Of a stretch of 64,000 bases of DNA, positions 10,370 through 20,789 are shown piece after piece. The notes below the pieces were generated by a model. It was not told the origin of the DNA and searched no databases. It saw only the letters and a list, made by a program, of their open reading frames with translations. This stretch comes from a virus, in the IMG/VR virus record IMGVR_UViG_3300019757_000003, positions 50,271-114,270 of that record. The stretch is one strand, 5' to 3'. The stretch's first letter is position 1. Each line of letters begins with the position of its first letter. Position numbers and translations under genes: made by a program.

Positions 10370-12778
10370 ATGTCATTTGATGAGACAAAATTAGATGAAG
10401 AATTAGATAGTATTGATTTTTCATCAGAGGAAGGTATTGAAAAGATAGAAGAGGCTAAAACCTTACTACCACTTCATTACGAGAACCTAACAAATACGAT
10501 AGGAGGTGCAATAGGAACAGATTTCAACCCTGAGAGACTCACACCAAATATACAGAAAATGTTAAAGGTATTTGAACTTGAAGCACCAGCATTAGGTACA
10601 CAAACTAATGTAATGGTAGCGTCAATGGCTTATGCTAACACATTTGGTAAGTTCAGACCCTATATAAGAGACGTATTAGTATCTAAGAAAACTGACATCC
10701 CAACCAACATATTTACACTTAACTTTCAAGGTAGTGGAGATGGTAAAGATAAGTCATTTGATTTAGGTACAGAAATACTAAAAGAAGCTGATACTATGGT
10801 ACTTGACCAAATGGAAGTATTAGCAGAAGAAAAAGCTAAAAGAATAGCTATTAAAATCAATAACGATAAACAGCTAAAAAATAATGTTCCTAAAGATAAA
10901 CTAGTTACAGATGACACAGGTTGGGCTCAATATATTGTTAAACCTAACTCTGGAATCATTAAAATGGCTACTTATGAAGGACTGTTGGCAGAAGCTGAAA
11001 TTATAATGAAAAGTAGTGACTTAGGTAACTTGTTTGTTGCTATGTCTGAATTAGGTAATAGTTTAAAACTAGACCCTAGTATTGACAGATTACTGATGAT
11101 TATGGCAGAATTGTATGATATGGGTAAAGCTCCTGAGGACTTGAAAAAGACTAAAGAATTGAAGACTGGTGCAATTGAAGGACTAGCTCCTTCTATGTTA
11201 GCACATACTTCACCAAATATTATACTAAAAGATGCTAAATTAGCTGAGAAGTTTATTATGATAATTGAGTCTTACTTTGGTAGGAGAGCTTACATATTCT
11301 TTACTGAAGCATTGGAGACTATTCAAAAGATAGAGTTAGATACTGATATTGATGAACAAGTTAGGAAAATGCAAAGTAGTACTCATAAAACAGTTTCGGA
11401 TATTAGAGAACTAGAAACTACAGCTACTGCTAGTGTAAAAAGATTATTAGATGGCACAGACTTAGAAAGAATAACATTAACAGATGATGCTCAAGCACTT
11501 TATGGTAAATACTTTTTAATTAATAAATACTATAGAAAACTAGCATATATGTTAAATGAGGACTTTCAAGGTAGTGGTCTTCTAGTAGAACTTACAAACA
11601 GACATTGGAAAGCTATCAAATTAGCTGGTATTTGGGCTTTAGCAGAGAATACGAGTGAGATTACATTAGAAATACTTTCTAGTGCTATCTACTTCACAGA
11701 ATATACTGGTAAAGGTCTTAGAAAGCTTATGAGCATGGTAAACCTAGAAGTACATGAGAGATTTGTTAAAGGTATCTTAGATGGTGACATTAAGAATAGT
11801 ATTAGATTTGATACTTTAATCAAGAAAGCATTTATTAGAAAAGCTGACAAAATACAAATTACTAATCTATTAGTAGCAGTGAATTCTGCCCTACAAGGTA
11901 AAGCTGTAGTTGTAGCTGATTACAAAGAATCTCTACTCACAATAGACCTTATCAAAGAAGCTGAAGGTAAATATGGTTTCTCGTACATTAAATTCCCTAA
12001 GGGTACTTCTAAAGAAGACAGAAGAAGTAAAGCCTATAAAGGGTTCAAGTACTATAGAAATGACCTACATATGCTGAAAAAACTACTAACACAAGACTGT
12101 GCTTATTCACCATTTAAGTTTAAAGGTGGTTATAGAAAAGACGATAATATAGACTCTACTACTAATTACATAGTATTAGATGTAGATAAGTCTGAGCTAG
12201 ATATGGAACTACTACATAAGACTTACTTAAGTGGTACTCTACATATTATAGGCACTACATCTGATCCTGAGAACAAATTCAAGTTTAGGGTAATAATACC
12301 AGTAAAACAACAAATAGGTGATAATAATGCAGTATATAAGTATGTAACACAGAGAATTGCTGATGAATTGATGTTAGACATAGACCTTTTAGGTAGAAGT
12401 CAAGTAATGTTTGGGTATAATGGTGGTTCTACTTTAGACAACATAGATACTGGGTTGCAACCTATGGATATATCAGAATTCATCAAAGATGCAGCTACTA
12501 AAGTTCCTTCAAGAACCTACACAACAAAACTAACAAAAGCTCAACAAACAAAAGCTCAAGCAGATATGGAACATGACTTTGAAACTATATTTAATTTTGC
12601 TATTTATGCACCAGTAGGCAATAGAAATTTATCTACTTGGATAGCAGGTAGAAAGATGAAACAAGCAGGATGTGACCATAGAACAATAACATTACTAATA
12701 AACAAAATTAATAGTGCTAGAAATTCACCTATCGCATCTAAAGATATTAGATATATTATAGGTCAAATGGTAGACTAA
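10370..12778 (+). CDS. helicase-primase fusion (N-terminal DUF3987-like P-loop NTPase, C-terminal AEP primase + PriCT)
   Basis: QGSGDGKD, SELG in the N half; YSPF..GYR...IVLDVD...TTSD..KFRVIIP and GNRN in the C part. Confidence 0.7.
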   Translation: MSFDETKLDEELDSIDFSSEEGIEKIEEAKTLLPLHYENLTNTIGGAIGTDFNPERLTPNIQKMLKVFELEAPALGTQTNVMVASMAYANTFGKFRPYIRDVLVSKKTDIPTNIFTLNFQGSGDGKDKSFDLGTEILKEADTMVLDQMEVLAEEKAKRIAIKINNDKQLKNNVPKDKLVTDDTGWAQYIVKPNSGIIKMATYEGLLAEAEIIMKSSDLGNLFVAMSELGNSLKLDPSIDRLLMIMAELYDMGKAPEDLKKTKELKTGAIEGLAPSMLAHTSPNIILKDAKLAEKFIMIIESYFGRRAYIFFTEALETIQKIELDTDIDEQVRKMQSSTHKTVSDIRELETTATASVKRLLDGTDLERITLTDDAQALYGKYFLINKYYRKLAYMLNEDFQGSGLLVELTNRHWKAIKLAGIWALAENTSEITLEILSSAIYFTEYTGKGLRKLMSMVNLEVHERFVKGILDGDIKNSIRFDTLIKKAFIRKADKIQITNLLVAVNSALQGKAVVVADYKESLLTIDLIKEAEGKYGFSYIKFPKGTSKEDRRSKAYKGFKYYRNDLHMLKKLLTQDCAYSPFKFKGGYRKDDNIDSTTNYIVLDVDKSELDMELLHKTYLSGTLHIIGTTSDPENKFKFRVIIPVKQQIGDNNAVYKYVTQRIADELMLDIDLLGRSQVMFGYNGGSTLDNIDTGLQPMDISEFIKDAATKVPSRTYTTKLTKAQQTKAQADMEHDFETIFNFAIYAPVGNRNLSTWIAGRKMKQAGCDHRTITLLINKINSARNSPIASKDIRYIIGQMVD

Positions 12779-12794
12779 ACAAACAAGGATATAA

Positions 12795-13928
12795 ATGAAA
12801 GAAAAGACAGATATAGTAGTAATTAGCCTCTTCGATGGATTAAGTGGTGCTCGTCTAGCTTTAGATGAAGTAGAACACCTAAATATATTGAGGTACTACT
12901 CTAGTGAAATAGATAAGTACGCAATACAAGTAGCAGACAATAATTACCCACAAGATACAGAGTATAGACTAGGGTCAGTAGTAGACATTGATACTGATAA
13001 GCTATTAGCAGAGATACATGAAGACTTTGGTCCAGATGTAAAGATTCTACTAGTTGGAGGTAGTCCTTGTCAAGGGTTCTCTATGGCTGGTAAACTAAAA
13101 GGTTCATCTACAAAAGAGGGTATTGATGTAACAGAACTAGAACAATACCTAGATTTGAAGGAGCAAGACTTTGAATTTGATGGACAATCCTATTTATTTT
13201 GGGAGTACATTAGAATTAAAGAGGCTATTCAACCAGATTATTGGCTATTGGAAAATGTTAGGGTAACTAAAAAGTGGTTACCAATGTTCAATAAAGCTAC
13301 TGGTGTAGAACCAGTGTTCATTAATAGTGAAGTTCTATCAGCACAATCAAGACCTAGGTTTTATTGGTCTAACATAGCTATAGAACAGCCAATAAATAAA
13401 GGTATCCTAATAAGAGACATACTACTAGATCTACCTATGGATAAGCCTCTTACTCCATTTATGTCAGGTGAATTTGATGGAGTTAGTAGATTAGACAAAG
13501 GCATATTCAATTTTACAGATTTACCAAAAGGAATGTGTCAAACAGTTGGTAGTGGTCATGGGAATAAGTACTTAATCAGTAGACCTTGTGAAATGTTACC
13601 AAAGAAAAAGAATAGTACTCACGTAGCAGATGCTGCTGATATTAAAGGTAACGAGAGCATTAAACGAGTCTACTCTATAGATGGAAAGTCACCGACTGTA
13701 ACTACTCAACAAGGTGGTCATAGAGAGGTTAAAGTACTAATAGACGAATGTAGATATAGAAAGCTAACACCACTAGAGTGTGAGAGATTACAGACACTAC
13801 CAGACAACACAACACAAATACTGAAACTTAATGGGAAAGATTTGATTAGTGATACTCAAAGATTTAAGATGATAGGAAATGGCTTCACTAGAGATGTTAT
13901 AGCACATATCTTTAAAGGTATTAAGTAA
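12795..13928 (+). CDS. dcm: C5-cytosine DNA methyltransferase
   Basis: SLFDG, GGSPCQGFS, LLENV, QSRPRFYW, LTPLECERLQ, IGNG. Confidence 0.93.
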   Translation: MKEKTDIVVISLFDGLSGARLALDEVEHLNILRYYSSEIDKYAIQVADNNYPQDTEYRLGSVVDIDTDKLLAEIHEDFGPDVKILLVGGSPCQGFSMAGKLKGSSTKEGIDVTELEQYLDLKEQDFEFDGQSYLFWEYIRIKEAIQPDYWLLENVRVTKKWLPMFNKATGVEPVFINSEVLSAQSRPRFYWSNIAIEQPINKGILIRDILLDLPMDKPLTPFMSGEFDGVSRLDKGIFNFTDLPKGMCQTVGSGHGNKYLISRPCEMLPKKKNSTHVADAADIKGNESIKRVYSIDGKSPTVTTQQGGHREVKVLIDECRYRKLTPLECERLQTLPDNTTQILKLNGKDLISDTQRFKMIGNGFTRDVIAHIFKGIK

Positions 13929-14001
13929 CAATTAATAGACCAATTACACTTAATGTCATAAAAAGATGTGTCCAACAATTTAAAACAACACAAGGATAAA
14001 C

Positions 14002-14904
14002 ATGGAAAATATGTTTCAAAACACAAGCGTAGAGAAGATCAAAGAGAACATTACAGTACAAGGTGCAGCAGGATTTTACAAACCAGGGATTCATAAAATT
14101 GTAGATACAGAAATCTTTATATTCGATACAGAATTTAACGGTAACACATACACAAATGCAGTTATTGAATTCATACGAGAGGATGGTGCAAAACTACAAC
14201 AAGAACTGAAGACAAAAACAAAGTCCAATCAATCTGAAGGTGAAACTGACCTAAGTAACTTTATGGGTAAGATTGCAATGGGAACTGGTAGAGAAGCTGA
14301 GTATGATGGTTTAGGTGCTACATTTATGGAACTACCTCTTACACCATATACAACTATGTATAAAAAAGAAGTGCAAGCTAAAGTTATTAGAATATTCTCA
14401 AATGCTAAATACTCAATTGTAACTACTACAAGTATTAGGGCTTCAAATGAATCATTGTACACTTCACAAATTCTTGATGAAAGATTTGTATTCAGAGCAG
14501 AAGATAATGCTTCATCTGGAGAAATTAAAGATGGAGATGAAGAAAAGTTCGGAAAAAGCTTTGAGTATTGGTCTGATGAAGACAATGTCAAAGACAAAAT
14601 AAGTATTGCTTATGTTAAAAGTAACTATGACAACTGGGATGGAGACTACTCTGATAGAACAGTAAAAGATTGTGTAACACAAGCTGTAGAGTACTTTAAA
14701 GATGGTGGAAATCTGTCAGAACCTTTACCTAATCAAGATGGTGTAGATAAAGCTGACTTAGAGAGAGTAGGTACATTATTTATTGATGGTCTAAGTGCAG
14801 CAGATGTTAAGCAAAGAATGTCTGACCTTAAAGGTGTAGAGACTGCAACTACTTCTATTGATGATGAAGAGCATTCTGATTCAGACGAACCAGACTTCAG
14901 TTAA
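14002..14904 (+). CDS. putative single-stranded DNA-binding protein
   Basis: Acidic tail (DDEEHSDSDEPDFS); lies in the replication module next to an AAA_24 ATPase. Confidence 0.5.
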   Translation: MENMFQNTSVEKIKENITVQGAAGFYKPGIHKIVDTEIFIFDTEFNGNTYTNAVIEFIREDGAKLQQELKTKTKSNQSEGETDLSNFMGKIAMGTGREAEYDGLGATFMELPLTPYTTMYKKEVQAKVIRIFSNAKYSIVTTTSIRASNESLYTSQILDERFVFRAEDNASSGEIKDGDEEKFGKSFEYWSDEDNVKDKISIAYVKSNYDNWDGDYSDRTVKDCVTQAVEYFKDGGNLSEPLPNQDGVDKADLERVGTLFIDGLSAADVKQRMSDLKGVETATTSIDDEEHSDSDEPDFS

Positions 14905-14912
14905 GGAAATAG

Positions 14913-15803
14913 ATGGCAAGTGCAACATTTAAAATGTCAAATGCTGATGAGATAAGAACAACAAGAGGGACTTCTTTCTTGTTGTATGGTCCATCAGCTT
15001 CAAGAAAAACAAGAACTCTTGGTAGTATGCCTGATGAGTCTGTTACCCTACATATCTCACTAGACAGTGGGTCAAACTCGGCTTCTGATGCTGCTAAATT
15101 ATTAGGGAACACTAAAGCTGTACATAAAGTGACATCACCAACAAGTTTAAAAGAACTAAATGACGTGATAATAGCTTTACATACAAATAGTGCTTACAAA
15201 GATAAAGTAGACAATGTAGTTGTGGACAACCTAGTTGTGATAGCAAGCTGGGTTCAGAGTTTTGTAGCAGCTAGTCCTAGGTACAAAAAGGATGCGTTAC
15301 ATGTCGAAGATGCTGTAACTGATGACACAAGTAAACAAGCAGCAGGTTCAAAAATGATGCCTTACTACGGAGATGTGCAAAGAGTTACTAGAGAACTTAT
15401 AGAAAAAATACTTCAAATAACCAATAACTACAATGTTTTTGTGTTAGCAGGTGAGACAATATCTGTAAACGAAGTAGGGTCGCCTATCACTACTGTACTA
15501 GTAAATGGTCCAAAGAGTATAACCCCAATAACATCAATGTTCTCGGAAGTTTACAGAACTACTTTCACAGAAGGTGATTTTGACAGTTCAGACCATACTG
15601 CAACATTCTTTAAAGTATCAACACATAAGAATCCTTTAACAGGAAGTTCTGTATTTTGTAAAACTAGAAATATAAAAGATTTAGAACAACTTAAACTAAA
15701 CAAAATACCAGCAGATTTTAATCATATACTATCAGATGTCATAGGTTATGTTTGGAAGAAGTCTAGGGTAAAAGAAGTAGTAGAGAAAGAGAAGACTAAA
15801 TAG
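14913..15803 (+). CDS. AAA_24 (Sak4-like) ATPase
   Basis: LLYGPSASRKT, VVVDNL, YGDV. Confidence 0.75.
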   Translation: MASATFKMSNADEIRTTRGTSFLLYGPSASRKTRTLGSMPDESVTLHISLDSGSNSASDAAKLLGNTKAVHKVTSPTSLKELNDVIIALHTNSAYKDKVDNVVVDNLVVIASWVQSFVAASPRYKKDALHVEDAVTDDTSKQAAGSKMMPYYGDVQRVTRELIEKILQITNNYNVFVLAGETISVNEVGSPITTVLVNGPKSITPITSMFSEVYRTTFTEGDFDSSDHTATFFKVSTHKNPLTGSSVFCKTRNIKDLEQLKLNKIPADFNHILSDVIGYVWKKSRVKEVVEKEKTK

Positions 15804-15935
15804 GCTTAAGATACTGTGCCTTTAAACAGAATGAGAGTGGCTTGATTCTCAGTAGCCTTAACACTATGAGTGACTAGTAATCTTCTCTACTAGACAGTAA
15901 GTGAAAGTCTTACACAAAAAATAACAAGGAAAATA

Positions 15936-16229
15936 ATGAGAGATTTAGTCAAAGAACTAACAATAGAGAGAGATGAGTTATCAAGTAAACTAGAAAAACT
16001 TACAGAATTTATTGATGGAGACATCTATAACACATTGACAGAATCATACCAATGTGCACTAGTTACACAGAGTACTATTATGGGTTCGTATGTAAACATA
16101 CTAAATACTAGAATTAAATTACTAGTAGATGGTAAAGTAACTCAAACACTATCTACCGATAAGTATAATGATAACTTTGATATGGCTGAAGAACGTGAAC
16201 TAAATAACGAAACAAAAGAAGGAAAATAA
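15936..16229 (+). CDS. crAss001_48-like coiled-coil protein
   Basis: ERDELSSKLEKLTEFI...Q..IMGSYVNILNTRI. Confidence 0.6.
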   Translation: MRDLVKELTIERDELSSKLEKLTEFIDGDIYNTLTESYQCALVTQSTIMGSYVNILNTRIKLLVDGKVTQTLSTDKYNDNFDMAEERELNNETKEGK

Positions 16230-16402
16230 TGACAAACTTTAACGCAACAAAACAACAAATGATGGATTGCTTAGACCAAATTGAAAAATATGAGGTTAAG
16301 CCAACTAAAGCAGAATCAGCAAGAATTAGAAACTCTTTAAATACTATTAAAAAAGGTATTACAGAAGCTAAACGAGACTTACTCACAGCAGATAAAGGGT
16401 AA
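16229..16402 (+). CDS. small Hc1 (histone H1-like) family protein, absent from the ORF track
   Basis: 57 aa MTNFNATKQQMMDCLDQIEKYEVKPTKAESARIRNSLNTIKKGITEAKRDLLTADKG; SD AAGGA; TAATG coupling. Confidence 0.55.
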   Translation: MTNFNATKQQMMDCLDQIEKYEVKPTKAESARIRNSLNTIKKGITEAKRDLLTADKG

Positions 16403-16406
16403 TTGA

Positions 16407-17480
16407 TTGATAGAGGTTAGTAAGAAAAAGCTCTTCTCTCCAGATGCAGATAACAAGATTAAGATGTTTAGTGGGGACACTGACAACTTAATTGATATGA
16501 TTGACCAAGACTTACCAGATTTTTATCAAAGATACTCTGAGAAGATGTTTGCTAATAATTGGCATCCACATAAGTACCCAGTGTCAGAAGATATGGCAGA
16601 CTTTAAGAATCTGTCATCTATAGAGAGAGAGACTTTAGACAAAGCACTATCACACTTATCAGGACTAGATAGCTATCAAGTAAATAATCTACCTGAGATA
16701 GCTAGTAGAATTAGATACCCAGAAGTAGTAGGTGTACTATCTACGCATACAGCAGAAGAAAGTTTACACTCATATTCTTATGCGTATATATTTAATACTC
16801 TGTATTCAAAAGATGAAGCTAGAACAGTAAGAGATTTACTGAAGACAGACCCAATTATGAGAAATAGGGCTATAGATATTACAGATAGTTATGAGAATAG
16901 CTCAAAAGATGATTCACTACATACTATGTTACAAGTACTTCTTACTAACCTAACACTTGAAGGGATTATGTTCTACAACATATTTAACTTCTTCTTTTAC
17001 TTAAAGTACCAAGGTAAGATGACTAACACAGCAGTAGTTATAAGTTGGATCAAGAAACAAGAACTAGTCCATGTACAAATCTTTTTAGAACTTTTACTGA
17101 GATTTAAAGAAGACTACCCAGAAGAGTGGGATGAATCCTTTATAGCAGATTTTATTGAAACTCAAGTTAAACTAGAAGTGGTATATAGTACATATATTAT
17201 AGACCCTAGAATACCAGGATTTTCTAAAGAAAACATCGAGAAGTATACTAAATCAAGAGCTAATACTCTACTTAGGTTATTAAAGATAGACCATAAGATT
17301 CCAGATGCTTCCAACCCTTACACTCACTTAGAGAAAGTAAGTAATGTAGGTACAGAAGAGAATCCTGATGTAGGTTCTACAGAAACAGCTATATTTGAAA
17401 CTCATAACACAAACTACTTCAACCCATATGTAAAAATACAAGATTTCAAGGAGTTTGCAAATGCTAGTAACAAAAAATAG
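16407..17480 (+). CDS. nrdB: ribonucleotide reductase class Ia beta subunit
   Basis: LDSYQ, EESLHSYSY (radical Tyr), LEGIMFY, ELVH. Confidence 0.92.
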   Translation: MIEVSKKKLFSPDADNKIKMFSGDTDNLIDMIDQDLPDFYQRYSEKMFANNWHPHKYPVSEDMADFKNLSSIERETLDKALSHLSGLDSYQVNNLPEIASRIRYPEVVGVLSTHTAEESLHSYSYAYIFNTLYSKDEARTVRDLLKTDPIMRNRAIDITDSYENSSKDDSLHTMLQVLLTNLTLEGIMFYNIFNFFFYLKYQGKMTNTAVVISWIKKQELVHVQIFLELLLRFKEDYPEEWDESFIADFIETQVKLEVVYSTYIIDPRIPGFSKENIEKYTKSRANTLLRLLKIDHKIPDASNPYTHLEKVSNVGTEENPDVGSTETAIFETHNTNYFNPYVKIQDFKEFANASNKK

Positions 17481-19611
17481 TGGGACTACAGAGGAGCTAG
17501 ACTTCTCAAAGATAGAAGATATGATTAACTTTGCTTTTGAAGGAAGTGGCTTAGATAGTACTCAACTAATTCAGAAAGTTAATATAGCCTTCTATGAGGG
17601 TATTCCTACAAGGAGTATACAAGATTTAATTATCTATGAAGCTAGGTTATTCATTAAACCTGACCAACCACATAACTACAAATGGGCTGTTATAGTAGGT
17701 AGATTGCAAGCTACACAACTTCATGGAGATATTCATAAGAATACTGGATTTAATCAAGTAGATTTTGTAAAAGGGTACAAGCAGTTAGTTAAACAAAACT
17801 ACTACCAAAAAGATTGCTCTAAATCAACACTTAAAGAGCTTTTAAAGTTTATGGACTTAGAAGCAGACTTTACACAGCCTACGCAATCTATAGTATCACT
17901 TAAGAACACATATCTTATTAAAGACACTAAAGGTAATCATATTGAGTACCCACAATGGGCTGTTATGGCTGATGCTATTCTAACATCTGATGGTACAGTC
18001 TCTGATATTAAGAGAATCTATGAAGACACTTCTTCTTTAAGATTATCTCCAGCTACACCACCTAAAAAGAATTTACGAACTGGTGGTAATACAGCTAGTT
18101 GTTTCAGTATTATGCCAGAGGATAGCTTAACGGATATTATGAAAGCTGTAGATGATTCAGCACAGATAAGCAAAGCTGGTGGGGGTTTAGCTGTGTATGT
18201 CGGTAAGATTAGACCAAGTGGTTCTGCTATACAGAAGACAGGTAATGCTGCAACCCACCTAAATAAGTGGGTAAGATTCTTTGACCAAGTAGCTGGTACA
18301 GTAGACCAATTGGGGACTAGGAGTGCTGCTATTACAGTGGCAAATGATTGGTTTCATTATGACTTCTTAGAGTTTTTAGAGATTGGTACAGAAGATGGAG
18401 GAGACTTAAGACTCAAATCTTTTGATATTATACCTCAGTTCCTAATCAACAACTACTTTGCTCAAAAGGTTAAAGACAAGGAAGATGTGTACTTAGTAAA
18501 CAACTATGACTGTATAAAACATTTAAATATAGACTTGACAGAGCTTATTGATGAAGAGTTTAAAACAGCATATGAAGTAGTTCTACAGAACCTAGACAAA
18601 GTACAACATAAGAAAATAAATGCTTATAAATTATGGGTAGATATGTGGGAAGTTTATTTTAAAATAGGTAAGGTCAACATTACTGATAAAGATAATATAA
18701 ATACAAATAACTATCTTAAAGCTCATTATAAAGCACAAACAGCTAACTTATGCTTAGAGTCGTGGTCTATCAATACTAAAGAGTACTCACATACTTGCAA
18801 CTTAATATCTATTAATTTAGCTAAGGTTGTATTAAATGAGTCTCTTATGAAGAGAACTGTTAGAACAGCAGTAGATATATCACATAAAACACTTAGCTTA
18901 TCAAAATATCCTATACAAACAGCAGCAAATAGTGCAAGAGACTTACAAAATATAGGTATTGGAGTTATTGGTGGAGCAGATTGGTTAGCTTATAAGAATA
19001 TGACTTACAATGATGCAGGTCTTAAAGAACTATCCAGAGTAATGGAGATGATAGCATTTTACGCTTACGAAAGAAGTGTTGAGATTGCTGAGGAGAAAGG
19101 TCCTTATCCACTATACCATAAAGCAAACTACTCTAAGATGTTTAACAAAACACCTGAAGAACTCAATAAAGCAAGTCTAAATGGATTTGATTGGGTAGGT
19201 TTAAATAAAGATATAGTAACTAAAGGTATTGCTCATTTCTTGCTACTATCACCAGCACCTAACGCAGGAACTGGAGTAGTTATGGGAGCTAGTCCTAATT
19301 ATGGACCAGTAACCTCAACTTGTCACTTTAAAGATATGAAGAGTATTACTCCTATTATTGTACCACCTTATGCAGATGAGAAAGGTTTATTGTATAGAAC
19401 TAAAGGTTCATTTGATGGTATCTTCTTCTTAGACTTAACTGTAGCTATACAGCAATGGGTAGATACAGGTGTTAGTAATGAGATAGGTATTAATCCTGAG
19501 ATATTTAGTATGGTAGAATTTAGTGATAAATTACTAGACTACATTATAAATAAACAGATAAATGCTGTGTACTATATGAGTGAGACATCATGCTCAACTT
19601 GTGCTAATTAG
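17461..19611 (+). CDS. nrdA: ribonucleotide reductase class Ia alpha subunit with ATP cone
   Basis: VTKNSG ATP cone, ASCF, ANLCLE, TCNL, VYY, terminal CSTC. Confidence 0.93.
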   Translation: MLVTKNSGTTEELDFSKIEDMINFAFEGSGLDSTQLIQKVNIAFYEGIPTRSIQDLIIYEARLFIKPDQPHNYKWAVIVGRLQATQLHGDIHKNTGFNQVDFVKGYKQLVKQNYYQKDCSKSTLKELLKFMDLEADFTQPTQSIVSLKNTYLIKDTKGNHIEYPQWAVMADAILTSDGTVSDIKRIYEDTSSLRLSPATPPKKNLRTGGNTASCFSIMPEDSLTDIMKAVDDSAQISKAGGGLAVYVGKIRPSGSAIQKTGNAATHLNKWVRFFDQVAGTVDQLGTRSAAITVANDWFHYDFLEFLEIGTEDGGDLRLKSFDIIPQFLINNYFAQKVKDKEDVYLVNNYDCIKHLNIDLTELIDEEFKTAYEVVLQNLDKVQHKKINAYKLWVDMWEVYFKIGKVNITDKDNINTNNYLKAHYKAQTANLCLESWSINTKEYSHTCNLISINLAKVVLNESLMKRTVRTAVDISHKTLSLSKYPIQTAANSARDLQNIGIGVIGGADWLAYKNMTYNDAGLKELSRVMEMIAFYAYERSVEIAEEKGPYPLYHKANYSKMFNKTPEELNKASLNGFDWVGLNKDIVTKGIAHFLLLSPAPNAGTGVVMGASPNYGPVTSTCHFKDMKSITPIIVPPYADEKGLLYRTKGSFDGIFFLDLTVAIQQWVDTGVSNEIGINPEIFSMVEFSDKLLDYIINKQINAVYYMSETSCSTCAN

Positions 19612-20207
19612 TGAGTGCTACTAACAGAGGTAGTAAGGTAATCTCACAAGAGTTTTACCCTACACCAGACTACACAATAGAATCTATACTAAAAGAAATA
19701 GATTTTACTAAGGTAAACTCCTTTACAGAACCTTGTAGAGGAGAAGGTCATATCTATAATAAAGTAAATGTTCCTAATAAATACTATGCAGAGCTTAGTG
19801 AGGGTATAGACTACCTAACAACAGAAATGCCTAATGTAGACCTAATACTTACTAATCCACCTTTTAGTCTAGCTCAAGAATTTATAACTAAAGCTAGAAC
19901 TGAAGCTAAATGTGTGATTATGTTACAAAGATTGAACTACCTTGGCTCACAAGCTAGGAAAGCGTTCTGGAACTCCAATCCACCTACTCATATATTTGTC
20001 TTATCAAAGAGACCTAAATTCATAGCTAAGTGTAACAACAAATCTTGTGATAATAAAGAGAGTTTTCAGATAACAGAACCACCTACAATATGTGAGTGTG
20101 GTAAGACTGTTACACCTGCAAGTGATGCTGCTGAGTACGCTTTCTTTGTGTTTCAATCGGAAGATACAAATATTATGTACAAAGACAATGGAGTACACGT
20201 AATTTAA
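19611..20207 (+). CDS. small N6-adenine/N4-cytosine DNA methyltransferase
   Basis: FYPTP, EPCRGEG, LTNPPFSLA. Confidence 0.8.
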   Translation: MSATNRGSKVISQEFYPTPDYTIESILKEIDFTKVNSFTEPCRGEGHIYNKVNVPNKYYAELSEGIDYLTTEMPNVDLILTNPPFSLAQEFITKARTEAKCVIMLQRLNYLGSQARKAFWNSNPPTHIFVLSKRPKFIAKCNNKSCDNKESFQITEPPTICECGKTVTPASDAAEYAFFVFQSEDTNIMYKDNGVHVI

Positions 20208-20220
20208 CAAGGAGAAATAG

Positions 20221-20415
20221 ATAAATAAGAGAACATTAATTTGGTTAGGTTTAGTTAGTTTTCTAATTAGACCTACCAAGAAACAAACAAGAATAACGTC
20301 ACCACCAAATCACATTAGCAAACAAAGTTCGGCTAGAAAAGTAAGTTTCTACCCGGAACCTAGATACAATTTAAAGATACCAAGAACTAATAAAACAAAA
20401 TACGAAGGAAAATAA
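20221..20415 (+). CDS. 64-aa basic protein with hydrophobic N-terminus, ATA start
   Basis: AAGGAG 6 nt before ATA; frame fills the gap and ends TAATG-coupled to the next gene. Confidence 0.45.
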   Translation: MNKRTLIWLGLVSFLIRPTKKQTRITSPPNHISKQSSARKVSFYPEPRYNLKIPRTNKTKYEGK

Positions 20416-20789
20416 TGACAAAAATAGAAGAAGCTAGAGTAAGAGTGCTAGAAGCTGAAATAGTACAAAAACAACTATATATAGATGTTCACTCTGGAGT
20501 AGATGTATCAGACTACACTCTACGAAAAGCACAAGCTAGTGTTCTTAGAACAGAAGCAAATGAGAAAATAGTACTAAGTACAGAATTGTTGAAAGATGAG
20601 AATTGTACAGAACATAGCTCTAATATACTAGTTGGAGATATAGTCATTTTTAACTCTGGTAGTCCATCTATGACAGTAATTGGTGGAAACAAGGATGCAG
20701 TAGTATGTGAATGGATAAATAACGAGGGTATTATAAGTCAACATAGATTTGACAGAAGATGTGTAACTAAAACAAAAGAAGGAAAATAA
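20415..20789 (+). CDS. protein with C-terminal DUF2158/YodC domain
   Basis: VGDIVIFNSGSPSMTV...VVCEW. Confidence 0.7.
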   Translation: MTKIEEARVRVLEAEIVQKQLYIDVHSGVDVSDYTLRKAQASVLRTEANEKIVLSTELLKDENCTEHSSNILVGDIVIFNSGSPSMTVIGGNKDAVVCEWINNEGIISQHRFDRRCVTKTKEGK

